DNA of 32,000 bases from Alkalilimnicola ehrlichii MLHE-1. Its GTDB lineage: Bacteria; Pseudomonadota; Gammaproteobacteria; Nitrococcales; Halorhodospiraceae. The DNA lies in NCBI RefSeq assembly GCF_000014785.1, contig NC_008340.1:1920001-1952000 (forward strand), read 5' to 3'. A model generated the notes under the pieces. It was not told the DNA's origin, ran no database searches, and saw only the letters and a list, made by a program, of their open reading frames with translations. Shown in pieces: positions 19,490 through 26,241 of this stretch (the stretch's first letter is position 1; each line of letters begins with the position of its first letter). The translations under genes were made by a program, and so were the position numbers.

Positions 19490-19609
19490 TCACCACCTTG
19501 CGTTGTCATCGCGCCGAACCCGGTTGGTCCGAATATTATACCGTGCCGCAGTCAGGAATGTGTGCCCCCAGCCCCGGGCAACAGCGAAGAGGGTTTGCAA
19601 GCCCTTATG

Positions 19610-19626
19610 CTATTATTTAATAATAG
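19610..19626. promoter_or_regulatory. Perfect 8-1-8 inverted repeat CTATTATT-T-AATAATAG in the cysB / response-regulator divergent region; candidate LysR-type (T-N11-A) operator over the cysB -10
   Basis: The arms are exact reverse complements. It contains T(19611)-N11-A(19623). A candidate promoter, TTGCAA (19595-19600) with an 18-nt spacer then AATAAT (19619-19624), overlaps it. This is the most AT-rich spot of the region. Confidence 0.45.
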
Positions 19627-19650
19627 ACCTACGCTTTAGTGGGTGCCGGT

Positions 19651-20631
19651 ATGAAACTGAATCAGTTGCGCTACATCTCCGAGGTGGCCAAACGGGGGCT
19701 GAATATCTCCGCCGCAGCGGATGCCATGTACACCTCCCAGCCCGGCGTCAGCAAACAGATCCGCTTGCTGGAGGACGAGCTGGGTGTGCAGATCTTCGCC
19801 CGCAGCGGCAAGCACCTTACCCACATCACCCCGGCCGGCCGCGCCATTCTGGAATCGGCGGACCGGATCCTGGGGGAGGTCCAGAACATCCGTTCCATCG
19901 CCGCCGATTTCGTCGATGAACAGCGCGGCAGCCTCAGCATCGCCACCACCCACACTCAGGCCCGCCATGCCCTGCCGCCGGTGGTGAGCCAGTTCCGCAC
20001 CCGTTACCCCAACGTCAGCCTGCACATCCACCAGGGCACCCCCATGCAGATCGCCGAAATGGCGGCCCGTGGCCAGGTGGATTTCGCCATCGCCACCGAG
20101 GCCCTGGAGCTGTTCGAGGACCTGGTGATGCTGCCCTGCTACCGCTGGAACCGAAGCGTGATCGTACCGGAGGGGCACGAGCTGGCCGAGGTCGAACCGC
20201 TGACCCTGGAGGCCATTGCGGAGTGGCCACTGGTCACCTACGTGTTCGGCTTCACCGGCCGCTCCAAGCTGGACGAGGCCTTCGACGCCCGGGACCTGGA
20301 GCCCAACGTGGTCTTCACCGCCACCGACTCGGAGGTCATCAAGACCTACGTCCGCCTCGGACTCGGGGTCGGCATCATCGCCACCATGTCCTTCGAGCCC
20401 GAGCGCGATCAGGGCCTGTTGGCGCTGGATGCCGGCCACCTGTTCGAGGACAGCGTCACCAATATCGGCTTCCGTCGCGGCGCCTATCTACGCGGCTACA
20501 TGTACGAGTTTATGGAGTTGTTCGCCCCTCACCTCACCACCGAGGTCGTCGAACGGGCGCTGCAGACCCGCACCAAGGAGGAGCAGGAGGCCTTTATCAA
20601 CGAGCTGCAGCCACTCATCCGCCAGGTCTGA
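19651..20631 (+). CDS. cysB: LysR-type transcriptional regulator, CysB/Cbl family
   Basis: MKLNQLRYISEVAKRGLNISAAADAMYTSQPGVSKQIRLLEDELGVQIFARSGKHLT is the highly conserved CysB N-terminus. 326 aa. The ATG at 19651 is preferred over the GTG at 19639. Confidence 0.85.
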   Translation: MKLNQLRYISEVAKRGLNISAAADAMYTSQPGVSKQIRLLEDELGVQIFARSGKHLTHITPAGRAILESADRILGEVQNIRSIAADFVDEQRGSLSIATTHTQARHALPPVVSQFRTRYPNVSLHIHQGTPMQIAEMAARGQVDFAIATEALELFEDLVMLPCYRWNRSVIVPEGHELAEVEPLTLEAIAEWPLVTYVFGFTGRSKLDEAFDARDLEPNVVFTATDSEVIKTYVRLGLGVGIIATMSFEPERDQGLLALDAGHLFEDSVTNIGFRRGAYLRGYMYEFMELFAPHLTTEVVERALQTRTKEEQEAFINELQPLIRQV

Positions 20632-20650
20632 GCACCGCCTCTGCACAAGA

Positions 20651-20685
20651 GAACGCCGGGCCGGTACCAAGCCGGCCCGGCGTTC
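20651..20685. terminator. GC-rich hairpin between convergent cysB and the 249-aa gene; probable bidirectional terminator
   Basis: GAACGCCGGGCCGG (20651-20664) and CCGGCCCGGCGTTC (20672-20685) form a perfect 14-bp stem with a 7-nt loop. The flanking U-tract is weak (ATTGGTT). Confidence 0.55.
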
Positions 20686-20698
20686 ATTGGTTGCGATC

Positions 20699-21448
20699 TC
20701 AGTGACTGGTGGGCTTTTGTGTGCTGGACCCACTTGAGCGACGCCCGCTGGCAGGCCGTGCCGCCCGCCCCGCCCCCTTGGCTTCGCTGGCCCCGCCACT
20801 CGCAGTCTGGCCTCCAGTGCCGGCCCCACCCTGGCCGGACCCCCCTTTATCGCCATCGTCACCACCCGGCTTACGGCCGGTCCCGGCCTTAGGCGCCTGC
20901 CGGGCGGTCTTGCGCGGCGCCTTCTCGGCCGCCGCCGGTGGCGGTGGCGGGGTGACGCCCTGCTCCTCGGCCAACTCCTCGACCTGGTGCATGAGCGCCT
21001 TCTGGCTCTTCATCATGGTGTCCACCATGTTGCGCCAGACATCGAAGAACTCCTCCTGGGCATCATCGCTCTGCAAGGGTAGATCGGGACGGTTCAGGTC
21101 CAGTCGCCGGGCCTGCTCGAACCACCGCTCCCAGAGTGCGGTCCGGGCCTCGAGCCAATTCTCCATCAGGTTGCAACTGGTCTCGTTCATGTCGCTCAGC
21201 GGGCGCGGGGCCTGCTCGCCTCCCATGCCGGCGTGGCGGCAGAGGCGGATCCACTCCGCCTGCACCTTAAGCGCGTCCTGGACCAGGTTTTCCATGGCAT
21301 TGAGATTCTCCTGCCAGGCCTGGTCCAGGTTCTCCACATTCTGCCCCGACCGGCTCCACTGCTGGCCGAACTCCAACCACTGCTGCCAGCTCTTCTGGGC
21401 CATCTCCATTAGGTTCGACACCATTTCCGCCGATTCGCGGTTCGCCAT
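20699..21448 (-). CDS. Hypothetical protein: Trp/Gln/Glu-rich helical N-terminal region plus a Gly/Ala/Pro/Lys/Arg-rich disordered basic tail
   Basis: 249-aa ORF with GGAGGA 7 nt before the ATG. Codon usage looks native. 9 Trp in the first ~160 aa (SWQQWLEFGQQW, LWERWF). No signal peptide or TM. I recognise no family. Confidence 0.6.
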   Translation of the reverse strand: MANRESAEMVSNLMEMAQKSWQQWLEFGQQWSRSGQNVENLDQAWQENLNAMENLVQDALKVQAEWIRLCRHAGMGGEQAPRPLSDMNETSCNLMENWLEARTALWERWFEQARRLDLNRPDLPLQSDDAQEEFFDVWRNMVDTMMKSQKALMHQVEELAEEQGVTPPPPPAAAEKAPRKTARQAPKAGTGRKPGGDDGDKGGSGQGGAGTGGQTASGGASEAKGAGRAARPASGRRSSGSSTQKPTSH

Positions 21449-21672
21449 GACATCCTCCGGCGCTACTTGCGCAATGTGTTACTCATGCTGTCCATTTCGC
21501 TACCCATCAACGGGCATTCCCCAATAGCGTCAACCATTCGTGGAGATTTTTCTTGGCTCTTGACTACGCTTAGGAGTTAACGCGACCACCCATCTTGGCG
21601 GCAGTATAGGAACGCCCCCCGGGCTTTACCAGAACCTCAGTGGGGCGATCAGCTATTAGCATAGAAGCGCTC

Positions 21673-23022
<1,350 letters not shown>

Positions 23023-23072
23023 TCACCCAACGCCCGGCCCCGTGGACCATTCGGGGGCAACCGGTCCGCCCC

Positions 23073-23091
23073 CCGCACGCTTTCGGTGCGG
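23073..23091. promoter_or_regulatory. Inverted repeat CCGCAC-N7-GTGCGG, a possible NtrC-type enhancer site upstream of the nirB sigma-54 promoter
   Basis: The GCAC-N7-GTGC core spacing equals that of the NtrC consensus TGCACCA-N3-TGGTGCA. It lies about 70-80 nt upstream of the -24 element. The flanking positions do not match the consensus. Confidence 0.3.
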
Positions 23092-23153
23092 ACCACGCCC
23101 GCGACCGGATCACATTTCATCGTATGCCACCGTTTTATTGGTATATTTTGTTC

Positions 23154-23169
23154 TGGCCGAAATCTTGCT
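23154..23169 (+). promoter_or_regulatory. Sigma-54 (-24/-12) promoter for nirBD-nasA
   Basis: TGGCCGAAATCTTGCT. GG at 23155-56 and GC at 23167-68 have the exact consensus spacing (TGGCAC-N5-TTGC). It sits in an AT-rich pocket 184 nt upstream of the nirB ATG. Confidence 0.65.
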
Positions 23170-23182
23170 TATCTATCGTTGA

Positions 23183-23268
23183 GGCGCGTGCAGCGCCCTG
23201 GGCCAATGGCGGCCCGCGGCGAACACCACAACGGGCCGAGGACGGCCCACCCCGGATAAAGGCGTCCG
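23183..23268 (+). promoter_or_regulatory. nirB leader RNA: series of alternative hairpins ending in a hexaloop hairpin that overlaps the terminator
   Basis: Hairpins: GGCGC/GCGCC (23183-97); GGGCC-AATGGC-GGCCC (23200-15); GGCCCG (23211-16) pairing with CGGGCC (23232-37); GGGCCG-AGGA-CGGCCC (23233-48); CGGAT-AAAGGC-GTCCG (23253-68). Confidence 0.5.
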
Positions 23269-23315
23269 ACATCACCCCCCATCAGGGGCTGACCGTCGGA
23301 CGCCTTTTTTGTTTT
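23258..23315 (+). terminator. Intrinsic terminator inside the nirB leader (attenuator)
   Basis: AAAGGCGTCCGAC (23258-70) pairs with GTCGGACGCCTTT (23295-307). There is an inner CCCC/GGGG stem, followed by TTTTTTGTTTT. It lies 38 nt upstream of the nirB ATG, so it is not a terminator of a preceding gene (serS is divergent). Confidence 0.75.
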
Positions 23316-23352
23316 CGCGGAATCGGGCCACGGGCCCGGGAGGTCAAAAGCG

Positions 23353-25788
23353 ATGCAACGCGAACGATTGGTACTGGTAGGCAACGGAATGGCCGGGGTC
23401 AAGACCTTGGAGGAGTTGCTGGCGGTAGCGCCGGAGCGCTACGAGATCACCGTATTCGGCGCCGAACCCCACGGCAATTACAACCGCATCATGCTCTCCC
23501 CACTGCTCTCGGGCGAGAAGACGGTGGATGACATCATGCTCAACCGGCCCGAATGGTATGCGGAGAACGGAATCACCCTCCACACCGGCTGCCCGGTGAC
23601 CGAAATCAACCGCCGGCACCGCGAGGTGATCAGTGGCGATGGCCGGCGCACCCCTTACGATCGCCTGCTCCTGGCCACCGGCTCCAACCCCTTCATCATC
23701 CCCGTGCCTGGCAATGACCTGCCCGGGGTACTCGCCTACCGCGATATCGGCGACGTGGAGGCCATGCTCGAGGCCAGCCGCCAGCATCGCCACGCGGTGG
23801 TTATCGGCGGCGGACTGCTGGGCCTCGAGGCGGCATGGGGGCTGCACCAACAGGGTATGGCGGTCACCGTGGTGCACCTGGCCCCCCACCTCATGGAGCG
23901 TCAGCTCGATGCCCTGGCCGGAGGCATGCTGGAGCAGTCCCTGCGCGAACGCGGTGTCGAGTTCCGCCTGGAGGCGCAGACCCAGGCCCTGCTGGGCGAC
24001 GACCGCGTGGAGGCGGTCCGCTTTGCCGACGGCGAGGAGATCCCCGCCGACTTGGTGGTCATGGCGGCCGGCATCCGTCCCAACATCCACCTGGCGAAGG
24101 CGGCGGGCATCCTCTGCGAGCGTGGCATCGTGGTCAACGACACCATGCAGACCTTCGACCCGCGTATCTATGCCGTGGGCGAGTGCGTGCAGCACCGGGG
24201 CCAATGCTACGGCCTCGTTGCCCCGCTGTTCGAGCAGGCCAAAGTCTGTGCCAACCACCTGGCCGAGGCCGGCTTCGCCGCCTACGAAGGCTCGGTGACG
24301 TCCACCAAGCTCAAGGTCACCGGCGTGGATCTTTTCTCCGCCGGCGACTTTTCCGAGGCCGAAGGCACGGAGGCCATCGTCTACCAGGACCCGGCAGGCG
24401 GCATCTACAAGAAGCTGGTTCTGCAGGAGGATCGCATCCGGGGCGCCGTGCTCTACGGCGACACCAGCGACGGCGCCTGGTACTTCCAGTTGCTCAAGGA
24501 CGGCACCTCGGTCAGCGATTTCCGCGACAGTCTGCTCTTCGGCCAAGCCCACCTGGGTGACGCCGGCCACGGTGGCCAAAGCCATGCCGAGGCCATGCCC
24601 ATGGACGCCCAGGTCTGCGATTGCAACGGCGTGTGCAAAGGCGACATCGTCAACGCCATCCAGGAGCAGGGGCTTTTCAGCCTGGAGGAGGTGCAGTCGC
24701 ACACCAAGGCCTCGGCCTCCTGCGGCTCCTGCACCGGGCTGGTGGAGCAGATCCTGCAATCCACCGTGGGCGGCGGCTACGCCGAGCCCAGGGTCAAACC
24801 CCTCTGCGCCTGCACCGACCACAGCCACGACCAGGTGCGTAAGGCTATCCGCGAGCAGCACCTGACCTGTCTGCAGCAGGTCTTCGACACGTTGGAATGG
24901 AAGACCCCGGATGGCTGCGACAAGTGCCGCCCGGCGCTCAACTACTACCTGATCTCCACCTGGCCCGAGGAAGCGCAGGACGACGAGATGGCGCGCCTGG
25001 TCAACGAGCGCATGCACGCCAACATCCAGAAGGACGGCACCTACTCGGTGGTGCCCCGCATGTGGGGCGGTACCACCACCCCGGCGGAACTGCGCAAGAT
25101 CGCCGAGGTGGCGGAGCGCTACGACGTACCCACCGTGAAGGTCACCGGCGGCCAGCGGATCGATCTGCTGGGCGTGAAAAAAGAGGACCTGCCCGGCATG
25201 TGGGGCGAACTCGCGGAGGCGGGTTTTGTTTCGGGCCACGCCTACGGCAAGGCCCTGCGTACGGTGAAGACCTGCGTCGGCTCGGAATGGTGCCGCTTCG
25301 GGGTGCAGGACTCCACCAGCCTGGGCATCGCCCTGGAAAGGATGTGCTGGGGCGCGTGGACGCCCCACAAGGTCAAGCTGGCCGTCTCCGGCTGCCCGCG
25401 CAACTGCGCCGAGGCCAGCATCAAGGATCTGGGCGTGGTGGCCATCGAGTCCGGCTGGGAGATCCTGGTGGGGGGCAACGGCGGGGTGAAGGTGCGCGCC
25501 TGCGACACGCTCTGCCGGGTCGAGACCGCCGAGGAGGTGATGGAGTACGCCGCGGCCTACCTGCAGCTCTACCGCGAGACGGGCCGCTACCTGGAACGGA
25601 CCGCGCCCTGGATCGAGCGCGTCGGCCTGTCGTGGGTCCGCGAGCAGGTGGTGGACGACGACGTCAACCGCAAGCGCCTCGCCGAGCGCTTCGAACGCGC
25701 CCAGTCCATCTACCGCAAGGACCCCTGGGCCACCTTGGCCAGACAGGGCCAACGCGACCGTTTCCAGCCACTGCGCCAGGTGGGCTGA
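23353..25788 (+). CDS. nirB: Assimilatory NAD(P)H nitrite reductase large subunit
   Basis: 811 aa. FAD/NAD folds (LVGNGMAGV, VVIGGGLLGLE), BFD-like [2Fe-2S] motifs (CDCNGVCKGDI, CGSCTG), and the siroheme/[4Fe-4S] cysteine cluster (TCVGSEWCRFG ... SGCPRNCAEA). GGGAGG lies 9 nt before the ATG. Confidence 0.93.
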   Translation: MQRERLVLVGNGMAGVKTLEELLAVAPERYEITVFGAEPHGNYNRIMLSPLLSGEKTVDDIMLNRPEWYAENGITLHTGCPVTEINRRHREVISGDGRRTPYDRLLLATGSNPFIIPVPGNDLPGVLAYRDIGDVEAMLEASRQHRHAVVIGGGLLGLEAAWGLHQQGMAVTVVHLAPHLMERQLDALAGGMLEQSLRERGVEFRLEAQTQALLGDDRVEAVRFADGEEIPADLVVMAAGIRPNIHLAKAAGILCERGIVVNDTMQTFDPRIYAVGECVQHRGQCYGLVAPLFEQAKVCANHLAEAGFAAYEGSVTSTKLKVTGVDLFSAGDFSEAEGTEAIVYQDPAGGIYKKLVLQEDRIRGAVLYGDTSDGAWYFQLLKDGTSVSDFRDSLLFGQAHLGDAGHGGQSHAEAMPMDAQVCDCNGVCKGDIVNAIQEQGLFSLEEVQSHTKASASCGSCTGLVEQILQSTVGGGYAEPRVKPLCACTDHSHDQVRKAIREQHLTCLQQVFDTLEWKTPDGCDKCRPALNYYLISTWPEEAQDDEMARLVNERMHANIQKDGTYSVVPRMWGGTTTPAELRKIAEVAERYDVPTVKVTGGQRIDLLGVKKEDLPGMWGELAEAGFVSGHAYGKALRTVKTCVGSEWCRFGVQDSTSLGIALERMCWGAWTPHKVKLAVSGCPRNCAEASIKDLGVVAIESGWEILVGGNGGVKVRACDTLCRVETAEEVMEYAAAYLQLYRETGRYLERTAPWIERVGLSWVREQVVDDDVNRKRLAERFERAQSIYRKDPWATLARQGQRDRFQPLRQVG

Positions 25789-25839
25789 CGGCGTCAGCCC
25801 ACACCCTACCCACGTCATGCTACCGACAGGAAACAGACC

Positions 25840-26238
25840 ATGAGCAACCTGGCAACAGACTATCCCGCTGAAACGACGCCGGCGCATCACGAGGACTGGC
25901 TGCCCATCGGCCACCTGGACGACATCCCCCGTCAGGGTGCCCGGGTGGTCGCCCGCCCGGAGGGCGACGATATCGCCATCTTCCGCACCGCCGACGACGC
26001 CCTGTTCGCCATCGGCAACCGCTGCCCCCATCAGGGCGGGCCGCTGGACCAGGGCCTGGTCCACGGGCACCGGGTGACCTGCCCGCTACATGGCTGGCGC
26101 ATCCAACTGGAACAGGGCGAGGCCGTCGCCCCGGATCAGGGCTGTGTGCCGCGCTTCCCGATCCGTCGGGACGACCGGGGAAACCTGTACGTCCGCCTTA
26201 CACCCGTCGACGCCGTAAAGGACGCACCGGAGACCTGA
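25840..26238 (+). CDS. nirD: Nitrite reductase small subunit (Rieske-fold NirD)
   Basis: 132 aa with CPHQGGPL and CPLHGW motifs. Located directly after nirB. Confidence 0.85.
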   Translation: MSNLATDYPAETTPAHHEDWLPIGHLDDIPRQGARVVARPEGDDIAIFRTADDALFAIGNRCPHQGGPLDQGLVHGHRVTCPLHGWRIQLEQGEAVAPDQGCVPRFPIRRDDRGNLYVRLTPVDAVKDAPET

Positions 26239-26241
26239 GCC

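Noticed and set aside
20699-21448. The idea that the 249-aa protein is a sulfur-globule envelope protein, given the sulfur-oxidiser context.
   Set aside because: It has no signal peptide or Tat motif, and it lacks the Gly/Tyr repeat character I associate with Sgp proteins. The idea is kept only as a hypothetical, with a loose architectural analogy to phasin or nucleoid proteins.
23344-26070. 908-aa ORF on the minus strand covering all of nirB.
   Set aside because: It is antisense to a gene with unmistakable NirB motifs. The translation is Ala/Gly/Arg/Val/Leu-rich low-information sequence with no recognisable motifs or RBS. This is the typical stop-codon-poor antisense frame of a high-GC genome.
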